Assembly: GCA_044450345.1 (NCBI GenBank)
Contig: JBIOIY010000004.1
Coordinates: 64,001 to 128,000, forward strand
Direction: 5' to 3'
DNA length: 64,000 nt
Source: Thermodesulfovibrionales bacterium
GTDB taxonomy: Bacteria > Nitrospirota > Thermodesulfovibrionia > Thermodesulfovibrionales > UBA6898
Shown here: piece by piece, positions 9,119 to 18,603 of the stretch
How the letters are laid out: every line of letters starts with the position of its first letter
How positions within the stretch are numbered: position 1 is the stretch's first letter
Position numbers and translations under genes: made by a program
Notes under the pieces: generated by a model
Seen by the model: the letters and a program-made list of their open reading frames with translations, nothing else
What the model was told of the DNA's origin: nothing
Database searches by the model: none

Positions 9119-10516
9119 CTATTCCCCGAAAGTCGCTACCCTGTTTCTGCCCAGGTTTTTTGCATTAAAGAGCGCCTGGTCGGCGCAAGAGATGAGATCA
9201 TCGTGGGTCCCGATCCGGTCGTTGGGAGTTACCGATATGCCGATGCTGACGGTAAGCCCCTCAGTGCTTTTGAGGCTTCTGAACCTATAATTCTCGACTA
9301 TTTCCCTGATCCTCTCAGCCTCTGACAGAGCGCCTTCCAGGGTCGTCTGGGGGAGGAGCAGGATGAACTCCTCTCCGCCGTAGCGGGCCAGCACGTCGCT
9401 CTTGCGCGAATGTTTATTCAGGAGCTGCGCGAATTCCTTGAGGACCGTGTCGCCTGTCCTATGGCCGTACCTGTCGTTGACCTTTTTGAAGTGGTCTATG
9501 TCGAGCATTAGGCAGCTTATGGGTAGCGCATACCTCTGTGAACGACTGAATTCCTCCATGATGCGGTGGTAGAAATATCTGATATTGTAGATGCCCGTCA
9601 GAAAATCCGTCAGGGATAATTTTTCGAGCCTGGATTTTTCGTCCTCGATCTGCTCGTAGAGAAAGGCGTTGTTGAGCGCGTTTGCGGATGTGTTCGCTAT
9701 GGTGTTGAGGAGCCTGATCTCGCTTTTGCTGAAGGCGTGTTCGGCCCTCGATGTCCTGAGGAAGAGCGTCCCTATCACCTTGTCCCTGAAAAATATCGGG
9801 ATGACGAGGATCGAGCGGATGCCGAGCGGCAAGAGGATATGCTTCACGCTTTTCATCAGCGGGTCGGTCCCTATATTTTTTACTATCACAGGCTTTTTTG
9901 ACGTGAGGGACTCGACGATCTCCGGGTATTTTCTGAGGACCAGCTTTATCCCCGACACCTGAGAGTCCTCGAAGCTTGCGACGACGAACGCAGTACGACG
10001 GCTCCAGTCGGCCCTGATTACGGAGCACCGGGTCACCGGCATAATCTCGGCGATCTTAGAGACGATCCTGAACAGGAGTTCTTTCGGATCGAGGGTGGAA
10101 GAGAGGAGTCGGGTGAGGGTCACGACCGTCTCGAGTTCCTTGACCTCCCCGCCGAGGGTCTCGATCATATACCTGTCCGCTATGACCGATTCAAGTTTGT
10201 AGTGAAGGTCTTTTTCGATATACGGCCTGTAGAGGTAACTCCTTACGTTGTGGGCTATAATGTTCTCGATGCCCTTCTTAATATCGCCGGCGACGATCAC
10301 GACGGATGGAAACTTCTTCGTCTTGGCAGCGACCGAATTAAGGAGGGACCCCTCGACTATGAGCACTGCCGGAGGGCTCTTGAGGACGTGGTCCAGAAAG
10401 GCGTCAGGTTCTTCGAAATAACCCGGCCTGTATGTCCTGTATTTCCCGAAATAAGCCTTCAGGAAAGTAAGGACGGCGTTGCTGCGTGCGAGTATCACGG
10501 TCTCTTTGCGTTTCAC
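9119..10516 (-). CDS. Diguanylate cyclase (degenerate REC - GAF - GGDEF)
   Basis: DIDHFKKVND.YGH..GD, RKSD I-site, RYGGEEF. Confidence 0.92.
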   Translation of the reverse strand: MKRKETVILARSNAVLTFLKAYFGKYRTYRPGYFEEPDAFLDHVLKSPPAVLIVEGSLLNSVAAKTKKFPSVVIVAGDIKKGIENIIAHNVRSYLYRPYIEKDLHYKLESVIADRYMIETLGGEVKELETVVTLTRLLSSTLDPKELLFRIVSKIAEIMPVTRCSVIRADWSRRTAFVVASFEDSQVSGIKLVLRKYPEIVESLTSKKPVIVKNIGTDPLMKSVKHILLPLGIRSILVIPIFFRDKVIGTLFLRTSRAEHAFSKSEIRLLNTIANTSANALNNAFLYEQIEDEKSRLEKLSLTDFLTGIYNIRYFYHRIMEEFSRSQRYALPISCLMLDIDHFKKVNDRYGHRTGDTVLKEFAQLLNKHSRKSDVLARYGGEEFILLLPQTTLEGALSEAERIREIVENYRFRSLKSTEGLTVSIGISVTPNDRIGTHDDLISCADQALFNAKNLGRNRVATFGE

Positions 10517-10687
10517 CCTCTGGCTCTCCCTTTGAGGTATTTAGTTTCTAATATTATTGTTATTTCAGGGCTGAGAGTCAATGATAGAGGCGGAGAACAG
10601 TGTCCCCCTGGTGTTTTATCCGGCCAAAATTTTTTTTCCGGACCCCTATAGTTTGACACCGGTCTGCCTATCTCTTATACTTCAATA

Positions 10688-11104
10688 ATGCTACGGATTG
10701 CAGTGATAGACGGCCAGGGGGGCGGCATAGGAAATCTCGTTGTGAAGAGGCTGAGGGAGGAGTTCAAAGACGCGGTCGAGATAATCGCCCTCGGCACAAA
10801 CGCGGCTGCTACCACGGCGATGATGAAGTCCAGGGCGAATAAGGGCGCCACAGGAGAAAACGCGATCGTCTGGAATTCAGACAGGGTGGATGTGATCGTC
10901 GGCCCCCTCAGCATAGCACTGCCCGATGCGATGCTCGGCGAGGTGACGGCCAGGATGGCTTCAGCCGTAGTGTCTTCGAAGGCAAGGACGATCCTTCTTC
11001 CTTTGAACCAGGAGGAGATCGAGATCGCGGGGGTGAACAAAGAGCCGCTCCCGCATTTGATAGAACACGTTATAGCGAGGATAAAGGAGATCGGACATGT
11101 GTGA
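10688..11104 (+). CDS. DUF3842 family protein
   Basis: IAVIDGQGGGIG, ALGTNAAAT.AM and ATGENA motifs. Confidence 0.85.
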   Translation: MLRIAVIDGQGGGIGNLVVKRLREEFKDAVEIIALGTNAAATTAMMKSRANKGATGENAIVWNSDRVDVIVGPLSIALPDAMLGEVTARMASAVVSSKARTILLPLNQEEIEIAGVNKEPLPHLIEHVIARIKEIGHV

Positions 11105-11285
11105 GGCCAACGCGTATATTTACAGGGACGGAAGCGAGGAACTCTATCTCGAAAACGTCGACGTTATGAGACCCGAGGAGGGGAAGATCTTCCTTAAAAA
11201 CCTTTTCGGCGAGCAGAAGGTCTTTGAAGGCGAGATAAAAGAGATCTCGCTTCTGCGGCACAGGATAGTGCTCGAGAAAAAATGA
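11097..11285 (+). CDS. cooT: CooT family nickel-binding protein
   Basis: 62 aa, MCEANAY start with conserved Cys2, LFGEQK, C-terminal HRIVL. Confidence 0.85.
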   Translation: MCEANAYIYRDGSEELYLENVDVMRPEEGKIFLKNLFGEQKVFEGEIKEISLLRHRIVLEKK

Positions 11286-11330
11286 TCCGGGGTGCCGTCC
11301 CCAGGCGGGTGACGGTAAAATGGGGGTAAG

Positions 11331-11873
11331 ATGACTGAGCTTATAAAGTGCATTTTTGATAAAATGCCGGCCGGGGTGATGGTCCTTGACAAGCGCCTGC
11401 AGGTCATCTTGACCAACAAATGGGCGGCCCTTTTTGTAAAGCGTTACCCTCTTCCCGATGAAATAAGGGACCTGAGCCGTCGTATTTTTGATGCGATCAA
11501 GTCGTCCCGGCTGAAGGAGTTGTTCCCGGGCGAGGTCTATTTCTATAAAAAAATAGAAGGTTCCGGGAGCAAGTGGACCTTCAAATTAGACGTATGTGAG
11601 TTTTCAGAGCCTTTGGTAAGCGTCTTTATCACTGAAGAGTCTATCTCCAACAAGATCGATCTGCTCAAGGTGAGGCGTCATTTCAAATTGACGCGGAGGG
11701 AGACGGATGTCCTTAGACGAGTGCTAAATGGATTCAAAAACACGGACATCGCCGAGGACCTCGAGATAACGGAGCAGACGGTGAAGGACCACTTAAGCAA
11801 TATCTACATGAAACTCGGGGTTGAAAACAGGTTTGCGCTGGCCCAATTTCTGCTGAATTTCCCGGAATCCTGA
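11331..11873 (+). CDS. LuxR-family HTH regulator with PAS-like N-terminus
   Basis: LTRRETDVL...GFKNTDIAEDLEITEQTVKDHLSNIYMKLGV. Confidence 0.88.
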   Translation: MTELIKCIFDKMPAGVMVLDKRLQVILTNKWAALFVKRYPLPDEIRDLSRRIFDAIKSSRLKELFPGEVYFYKKIEGSGSKWTFKLDVCEFSEPLVSVFITEESISNKIDLLKVRRHFKLTRRETDVLRRVLNGFKNTDIAEDLEITEQTVKDHLSNIYMKLGVENRFALAQFLLNFPES

Positions 11874-11915
11874 AAAAGCGGTTGAGATGAAAAGGACCGG
11901 CATATCGCCGCAAAG

Positions 11916-12725
11916 GTGCCTAAAACCAAAATGATAGACATCCATTGCCATATCCTCCCTGGCATGGATGACGGCCCCGGGTCCCTCAATGAGGCCCTGG
12001 ATATGTGCTGCACGGCAGTCGCCGACGGCATAAAGACAATAGTCGCCACACCCCATTTCAGGCCCGGGATGTATGAGTTCACGGGCCGCAAGGTCACAGA
12101 TACGGTGAACATCCTTGAGACTGCCGCAAGGGCCGAGGGCCTGGACCTGCGCATACTGCCGGGCGCCGAGGTCGCTGTTTCGCCGGAGACGCCCTCGTAT
12201 CTAAAAAAAGAGCGGTATCTTACCGTGAATAATAACGGGAGATATTTCCTTGCCGAACTTCCGCCGCTGTCCGTCCCTCCCAACTGGGACACGTTTCTGC
12301 TCTCCCTTATCTCTTCAGGTCTTACACCGATACTCGCCCATCCCGAGAGGAACGAGTGGTTTATGAACCATCCCGACGCGCTTGCCTCCGCGGTGGACAG
12401 GGGCCTGTTGGTCCAGATCACGGCGATGAGTATCACGGGCGGCCTGGGCGTCGAGGCAAGGGATTTCAGCGCGTATCTCCTGAGGCATAACCTTGTCCAT
12501 GCGATAGCGTCCGACGCGCACTCCCCGGACTTCAGACGGCCGGTGTTGTCAGAGGCGTACGGCATCGCCGCGGACCTCGTCGGGAGGGAAAGGGCCGGGG
12601 CCCTGGTGAATACCGTCCCTCAGGCGATCATAGAGGGAAGAGACATCCCGGACCTTGGGCCTGCCAAGTATGGGCATCCTGAAAATGCGCAAAAAAGAAC
12701 ATGGTTCACGAGATTATTCAGGTGA
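11916..12725 (+). CDS. PHP-type protein-tyrosine phosphatase (CpsB/CapC/YwqE family)
   Basis: IDIHCHILPG.DDG, ATPH, AHPERN and ASDAH motifs. Confidence 0.92.
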   Translation: MPKTKMIDIHCHILPGMDDGPGSLNEALDMCCTAVADGIKTIVATPHFRPGMYEFTGRKVTDTVNILETAARAEGLDLRILPGAEVAVSPETPSYLKKERYLTVNNNGRYFLAELPPLSVPPNWDTFLLSLISSGLTPILAHPERNEWFMNHPDALASAVDRGLLVQITAMSITGGLGVEARDFSAYLLRHNLVHAIASDAHSPDFRRPVLSEAYGIAADLVGRERAGALVNTVPQAIIEGRDIPDLGPAKYGHPENAQKRTWFTRLFR

Positions 12726-12729
12726 GGAA

Positions 12730-12900
12730 ACTTGAGACGTAAGACGCAAGACGTGAATGGTTATTCCCCTTCGAAAATTTAGGTTTGCGACCGGGTCCGA
12801 GGGTAAAAAATCCGCGAGTGCGGAAAAAGCATGTATATTGTATGTCATTCCCGCTTGTCCGGAATGACGGGGAAAAAAGTAAAACGTGAGACGAAAGACG
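12730..12900. repeat. Repeat mosaic: heptamer-like (a/g)agacg repeats, 27-bp dispersed repeat, GTCATTCC palindrome
   Basis: gagacgt-aagacgc-aagacgt; ttattccccttcgaaaatttaggtttg (12761-12787); gtcattcccgcttgtccggaatgac (12844-12868). Confidence 0.7.
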
Positions 12901-13226
12901 ATATGAAAGATAAGACTAAATTCCTCGACGCAGCCATAGAAAAAGGCGGCTCATTATTAATTATCTACTTTTTTCTGAGATACTTAAGCCCGGACTAAAG
13001 GACCGACCATCCCCCCCTTTCCCGTCCTTTTCATGCCTGCGGCAGCAGTCGTAGCGGGCCAAAAGAATGATGGCAAAAAAGAAGGAGGGCCGTATAAAAT
13101 AAAGGACAAATACCCGGTAAAGGAACGGCGTTAGACGGAAAAGATTTCGGACAAGCAGGAATGACGGCAAGGGATGCGTAAAATCTTTAATGTGGTACCC
13201 CGTTGTATGATTGAGGAATCAAAGAA

Positions 13227-14735
13227 ATGAGAGCAGCGCGGCGCTTCCAAAAAGGCATTGCGATATGCCTCGTCCTTGTAGCTGTCTTTTCCCTTTCCTC
13301 CTCTTTCGCTTTTGCCGCCCAATCCGGGAAGGTCCCGCTTAGGATCATTATTGTGAAGAGCCCTTCCGAGGCCAAAGACATCCTTTCGAGGCTCAAAAAA
13401 GGCGTGCCCTTCACGAGGCTGGCCGCTGAAAGGTCCCTCGACAAAAGCAGGGGCAGAAGCGGCGACCTGGGTACGGTCGATGTCTCGCGCCTGGAACCAC
13501 CGTTGAGAAAGGAGGTGGCGAAGATGCAGGAGGGCGATACCAGCGGTGCGATAAGACTGAGGAAAAACAAATATGCGATAGTCCAGGTGCTGGACTTCTC
13601 CCATTATAGAAAAGGGGCGGCTGCGTTCAGGGCCGGGGACTTCACATCTGCCGAGACAGACCTCCTCGAGCATCTGAGACAGAACCCCGATGCCGTAAAG
13701 GCGAGGATCATGCTGGGCGAGATCCAGGAACAGAGGAAGGACTTTGAGAAGGCAGAGGCCCACTATAAAGCAGTCCTCTCCTATGACATAAAGAGCTGGA
13801 TCGCCTATGTGCGTCTGGGGAAACTCTATATGCAGAATGCCGAGTATCGGAAGGCCAGGGACATATATGCGCAGGGCCTCAGGTATATTCCGAAGGCAGA
13901 AGGTTTCAGGACAGGCATGAAAGATGCCGAAGCGCGCCTTGCCGGGGCCCCGGCTCCCGAAGCAGCGCCCGCGGCAGCATCGCCGGTTAAAGAAGTGGCG
14001 CCCACGCCCCCTGCCGCGGTCGAGCTCGCGCCGCCGCCTCCATCGAAGGCCGTCGCCGGCCGCACTTCTCCAGGCAGGGGCAAAGACTCCAGGAGCATGC
14101 ATCTAAGGATGGTCGTTTTGGGAAGCGAGTCCGAGGCAGGGGAGGTGCTTTCCGACCTGAAGAAAGGGAAATCTTTTGCGGTGATCGCAAAAGACAGGTC
14201 TATCGACGAAAGGACCAGGGGAGCGTTCGGCTATCTCGGAGAGGTGGATATAGGGACCCTTGATACGGCCATACAGGACGCGGTCCGGAATCTGAAGGTG
14301 GGGCAGGTGAGCGAAATAATAAAACTCGGTGAAGGTCGGTACGCAATCATGCAGTCGGCCGATTTTCATTATTTCAAGGAAGGGGAGAAGGCGTTTATTA
14401 AGGAGGACTTCAAAACAGCGGAAAAGAAGCTGCTGAAGCACCTGGAACTCAACGAGGACGATGCCGGGGCCCATCTCATGCTCGGGGCGGTCTACGAAGA
14501 GAGAAAGGATTATAAAAAGGCCGAGGAGATTTTCGAAAAAGGCATTTCATATCATCCGAAGGTGGTCCTGCTCTATCTGAGATTAGGCAAGCTGTATCAG
14601 GCCCAGAGACAATTCCAGAAGTCGAAGGACGTATTCGTCGAGGGCTTCAGAAACGTGCCGTCTTCGGAGCTGCTTGCAAAGGGCATCGAGATGGTGGACA
14701 TACTCCTTTATAACGAAAGCCAGAAAAAGCGGTGA
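13227..14735 (+). CDS. Exported protein with two [parvulin-type PPIase + TPR] modules
   Basis: Signal peptide; F..LA.ERS.D....GDLG twice (second FAVIAKDRSID...GYLG), each followed by TPRs; Pro/Ala linker. Confidence 0.82.
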   Translation: MRAARRFQKGIAICLVLVAVFSLSSSFAFAAQSGKVPLRIIIVKSPSEAKDILSRLKKGVPFTRLAAERSLDKSRGRSGDLGTVDVSRLEPPLRKEVAKMQEGDTSGAIRLRKNKYAIVQVLDFSHYRKGAAAFRAGDFTSAETDLLEHLRQNPDAVKARIMLGEIQEQRKDFEKAEAHYKAVLSYDIKSWIAYVRLGKLYMQNAEYRKARDIYAQGLRYIPKAEGFRTGMKDAEARLAGAPAPEAAPAAASPVKEVAPTPPAAVELAPPPPSKAVAGRTSPGRGKDSRSMHLRMVVLGSESEAGEVLSDLKKGKSFAVIAKDRSIDERTRGAFGYLGEVDIGTLDTAIQDAVRNLKVGQVSEIIKLGEGRYAIMQSADFHYFKEGEKAFIKEDFKTAEKKLLKHLELNEDDAGAHLMLGAVYEERKDYKKAEEIFEKGISYHPKVVLLYLRLGKLYQAQRQFQKSKDVFVEGFRNVPSSELLAKGIEMVDILLYNESQKKR

Positions 14736-14883
14736 GGCGGACTCGGCCCCTCTGCCGCCCGCCGATCTCATCGAAATGTAACACCTCGTCTTTGTGATCC
14801 TGTCGCGGCCCAAATTGCGCATCGGCCGAAAATAAGTTGCGCGGGGAAGAAAAATTAAGTATTATCGAAGTGGTCATCTCAAA

Positions 14884-14981
14884 GGGAGCGCATCGGGTTC
14901 TGGTGTCCCGCCCGGCCTTCAAAGCCGGTGTTTCCTGCCACAAGCGGGAAGGGTGGGTTCGATTCCCACACGCTCCCGCCA
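14884..14981 (+). tRNA. selC: tRNA-Sec (anticodon TCA)
   Basis: GGGAGCG..CGCTCCC acceptor stem, anticodon arm CCGGC-CTTCAAA-GCCGG, long variable arm, GTTCGATTC T-loop, encoded GCCA end. Confidence 0.95.
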
Positions 14982-15141
14982 AAAAAACTAATTAATTCAA
15001 GCAGTTCTATGGGGAGCGGAAATTTTTTCCTTTAAAATCAACTGTCCCCAGCAAACCTGAGAAATGGTGTCTTCTTTTCTGCCTGAGACCGTACGAAAGA
15101 CTGAAGATTTTATCATGCCTTTTTGATTAAAATTAAAAACC

Positions 15142-17556
15142 ATGTCAGATGCAGAGCGACTGAAGGCAGCGCTTGAAGAATGTGCCCACCTGAAAGAGGA
15201 AAACAAGAGGCTCAAATCACTCCTGGGCATCTTGGAAGAAAAGCCTGAAAGTCCCTCGCCTCCTCAGCCTATAGTTGGAACTTTGTCCCTCGACGACAAG
15301 GTCGCTCTTTTTCGAAATCTCTTCCATGGTCGCGACGATATTTACCCTGTAAGGTGGGAAGGGAAGGACGGAAGATCGGGCTATTCGCCTGCCTGTGCAA
15401 ACGAATGGAAACGGCCTCTATGCGTGAAACCGAAGATCAGATGCTCGGAGTGCGAGCATCGCGAGTTCCGCACTGTAACAAACGAATTAATCCAGAACCA
15501 TCTTTTAGGCAAACAGACCATCGGCGTTTATGCTCTTCTTCCGGATGAAACTTGCTATTTCTTAGCCACAGATTTCGATAAGGAGACGTGGAAAGAGGAT
15601 GCCTCGTCGTTTCTAAAAACTTGTCGTGACTTAAGCGTTCCCGCAGTCCTTGAGCGTTCGCGTTCGGGCAATGGGGGACATATCTGGATATTTTTCAATA
15701 TTCCAATTCAGGCGACATTAGCCCGAAAATTCGGTTCTGCAATGCTCACGTATACGATGGAAAGGAATCCTCAATTGGGCCTGGATTCCTATGATCGTTT
15801 TTTCCCGAGCCAGGATACCATGCCAAAAGGAGGATTCGGCAGCCTTATTGCTTTTCCGCTTCAGCGTGGGCCAAGAAACAAAGGCAACTCTGTTTTTCTC
15901 AATGAAGAATTTAATCCTTATCCTGACCAATGGACTTTTCTTTCCGGCGTCAAAAAAATGCACAAAGAAGAAGTCGAAGAAATTGTGCACACAGCTCAGC
16001 GCAAAGGAAAAATTCTCGGCATTAGAATGAGTCTGACTGAAGAAGGCGACGAAGATCCGTGGACTCTGCCCCCCTCCGGTAGAAAGATAGAAAAGACAGT
16101 TGAGGGCCCCTTCCCTGAGAAAGTCGCTATTATTTTGGGAAACATGGTCTATATTGAAAAGAAGGACTTGCCTCCAGCACTGGTCAACAGAATTATTCGA
16201 CTTTCGGCCTTTCAGAACCCGGAGTTTTATAAGGCACAGGCAATGCGACTGTCCACTTATGAGAAGCCCAGGATAATCTCGTGTGCGGAAGATTTTGGGA
16301 AACATTTGGGTCTTCCCCGAGGCTCCTTGGATGAAGTAATTGAACTGTTAGAGGTTCATGGCATCAAGGCAAATATTAGGGATGAGCGGTTTTCGGGAAT
16401 ACCGATAGATGCTGTCTTCAAAGGTGCCCTTCGTCCTCTTCAAAATGAGCCAACCGCTGAGATATTGAAGCATGACATTGGCGTACTAAGTGCACCTACT
16501 GCGTTTGGCAAGACCGCTATCGCCGCTTATCTAATTGCGGAGCGCAAAGTAAATACGCTGGTATTGGTTCATAGGAGGCTTCTTATGGATCAGTGGCACG
16601 TGCGACTGAAAAGCTTTCTAAATACACCATCTATTGGTCGCATAGGAGGAGGTCGCGGCGATAAGACCGGAAAAATCGACATAGGTATGATTCAAAGCCT
16701 GAATCGCAAGGGCATAGTTAAAGATATCGTAGCGGAGTACGGCCAGGTCATAATTGACGAGTGTCACCATGTTTCGGCCTTCAGTTTTGAGCAGGTTCTG
16801 AGGCAGATGAGGGCCAAATATGTCGTAGGACTTACGGCTACACCGATCAGAAAGGATGGGCATCATCCTATTATCGTTATGCAATGCGGCCCGATTCGTT
16901 TTCGGGTGGATGCCAGAAAACAATCCCGAGAAAGGCCGTTTGAGCATGTGGTAGTCCCAAGGCATACAGCATTCAGGACGCGAAGCACCGATGAGAGTAT
17001 TCAGTCGATGTATGCGGCCATGATCCACGATCAAGAACGCAATGACCTTATATTTAACGATCTCCTCAGCGCTCTTGAAGAGGGTTGTTCTCCGCTGCTG
17101 CTTACCGAGCGTACGGAACATGTGGATGAGTTTGCGGAACGGCTGAAGGGCTTTGCCAAAAACGTGATTGTACTCAAAGGTGGAATGGGGAAAAAGCAAC
17201 GAGCCGCATTAACTGCACAGATTGCTTCTATCCCCGACGGAGAAGAGAGGCTACTTATCGCGACTGGCAAATATATAGGCGAGGGTTTTGATGATGCCCG
17301 GTTGGACGCGCTCTTCTTGGCAATGCCGATTTCGTGGCGTGGAACTCTTCAACAATACGCAGGTCGCCTCCATCGCTTACATGATAACAAAAGAATCGTC
17401 AGAGTTTACGATTATGTCGATGTCCATATCCCGATGCTGATGCGCATGTATCAGAAGCGGCTTAATGGCTATAAGGCAATCGGATACTCGGTTCAGCCTA
17501 ATAACGCCGAAACCGGTGACAGCGTCCCAATTACTTCAATAGATACAGTCCTTTAG
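15142..17556 (+). CDS. Archaeo-eukaryotic-primase-like (TOTE-type) domain fused to SF2 DExD/H helicase
   Basis: N-terminal ATDFD, ERSRSGNGGHIW, YDRFFP.QD, LIAFPLQ; helicase APTAFGKT, IIDECHH, GLTAT, GEGFD and QYAGR. Confidence 0.82.
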   Translation: MSDAERLKAALEECAHLKEENKRLKSLLGILEEKPESPSPPQPIVGTLSLDDKVALFRNLFHGRDDIYPVRWEGKDGRSGYSPACANEWKRPLCVKPKIRCSECEHREFRTVTNELIQNHLLGKQTIGVYALLPDETCYFLATDFDKETWKEDASSFLKTCRDLSVPAVLERSRSGNGGHIWIFFNIPIQATLARKFGSAMLTYTMERNPQLGLDSYDRFFPSQDTMPKGGFGSLIAFPLQRGPRNKGNSVFLNEEFNPYPDQWTFLSGVKKMHKEEVEEIVHTAQRKGKILGIRMSLTEEGDEDPWTLPPSGRKIEKTVEGPFPEKVAIILGNMVYIEKKDLPPALVNRIIRLSAFQNPEFYKAQAMRLSTYEKPRIISCAEDFGKHLGLPRGSLDEVIELLEVHGIKANIRDERFSGIPIDAVFKGALRPLQNEPTAEILKHDIGVLSAPTAFGKTAIAAYLIAERKVNTLVLVHRRLLMDQWHVRLKSFLNTPSIGRIGGGRGDKTGKIDIGMIQSLNRKGIVKDIVAEYGQVIIDECHHVSAFSFEQVLRQMRAKYVVGLTATPIRKDGHHPIIVMQCGPIRFRVDARKQSRERPFEHVVVPRHTAFRTRSTDESIQSMYAAMIHDQERNDLIFNDLLSALEEGCSPLLLTERTEHVDEFAERLKGFAKNVIVLKGGMGKKQRAALTAQIASIPDGEERLLIATGKYIGEGFDDARLDALFLAMPISWRGTLQQYAGRLHRLHDNKRIVRVYDYVDVHIPMLMRMYQKRLNGYKAIGYSVQPNNAETGDSVPITSIDTVL

Positions 17557-17591
17557 AATCCTAAATAAACGTGAAAAAGGCAGTTTTAATT

Positions 17592-17613
17592 TATAGCACT
17601 AATGCTATATACT
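17592..17613 (+). promoter_or_regulatory. Palindromic operator overlapping a -10 box of the TA operon
   Basis: TATAGCA-ctaa-TGCTATA (17592-17609); TATACT at 17608-17613, 5 nt before ATG 17619. Confidence 0.6.
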
Positions 17614-17618
17614 AGAGT

Positions 17619-17972
17619 ATGCAGTGGAGTATTGAATACTATTTGACAGCCGAAGGAAAATGTCCTGTAAAAGATTTTGTCGATGGGCTTTCGCCCGAAG
17701 GTTAGGCTAAATATATTTTCATCACCAGATTGCTTCAAGAATATGGCGTGTTGGTGAAAGCGCCCTATGTGAAACAGTTCACCGGCCATAAGAAGCTTTT
17801 TGAGATCCGGATCAAAGACAAAACGGGAATCAGCAGAATCCTATACTTCACTCATACAGGAAAGAAGTTGATACTTTTGCACGGCTTTACAAAAAAAACG
17901 AACAAGACTCCGGAACGGGAGATAGACACAGCTAAAGAAAGGATGAAAGATTACCTTTCTCGGGAGGCGTAA
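17619..17972 (+). pseudogene. RelE/Gp49-like (HigB-type) toxin interrupted by in-frame TAG
   Basis: MQWSIEYYLTAEGKCPVKDFVDGLSPEG*AKY... continues in frame to LFEIRI..RILYF..LILLHGFTKKTNKTP; TAG at 17703-17705. Confidence 0.88.
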
Positions 17973-17973
17973 G

Positions 17974-18261
17974 ATGAAAAAGAATACCTATGAGGAGCAT
18001 GTAAAGGAGCTCCTGAAAAAGAAGAATGTAAGAGAGGAGTACGAAAAGCTTCTCCCCGAGTACGAACTTGCAAGGAGCATTATTGAACAGCGGCTCAAAA
18101 AAAAGATGACTCAAGAGCAGGTTGCAAAGAAGACCGGAATGCCACAATCAACGATCTCACGAATCGAAGGTCTTACACACGGATTGCCGAAGCTGTCGAC
18201 CCTTAAGAAGATCGCCAATGCACTGGACGCAAAGGTCGTCATTAAGCTTGAAGCAAAATAA
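17974..18261 (+). CDS. XRE-family HTH antitoxin (HigA-type)
   Basis: MTQEQVAKKTGMPQSTISRIE; directly downstream of the toxin. Confidence 0.88.
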   Translation: MKKNTYEEHVKELLKKKNVREEYEKLLPEYELARSIIEQRLKKKMTQEQVAKKTGMPQSTISRIEGLTHGLPKLSTLKKIANALDAKVVIKLEAK

Positions 18262-18603
18262 AATTTTGCATACTTTAGTCGAGACTGTGAAACAAAGTGT
18301 CCCCGAATTGTCCCCAGTAATTTCCGGAAAAGGTGAAAGAACTTGATAATAAAGAACTATATAGACGTTTGAAGTGGGTTCGATTCCCACACGCTCCCGC
18401 CATTTCCCCTTGATCATGAAACATTTCCATCCTTACTATGTAAAATAAAACCGTGAACAGAACGCGTTTTTAGGGCTGGCTTTAGAGCTCTGTTTTGTGA
18501 AACTTGCTTCCTGAAACAAACACAGCCGGGACATGATCCAATGGTGTAGAGTAGAAATGGAATTAGGGGTTGCTGGATCAACAAAAGACTGAATGTGATC
18601 CTT

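Larger units (their letters stand above)
14953..18402. mobile_element. Integrase-less genomic islet at selC bounded by 29-bp att direct repeats
   Basis: gtgggttcgattcccacacgctcccgcca at 14953-14981 and 18374-18402. Confidence 0.9.

Noticed and set aside
9119..10516. Hypr GGDEF (cGAMP synthase)
   Set aside because: Retains the canonical Asp in GH..GD rather than Ser, consistent with an ordinary c-di-GMP synthase
5076..12787. Composite transposon
   Set aside because: No transposase, and the enclosed genes are housekeeping or regulatory
17703..17705. Selenocysteine or pyrrolysine recoding of the toxin stop, given the adjacent selC
   Set aside because: The codon is TAG, not TGA; no pyl genes seen; a nonsense mutation is simpler
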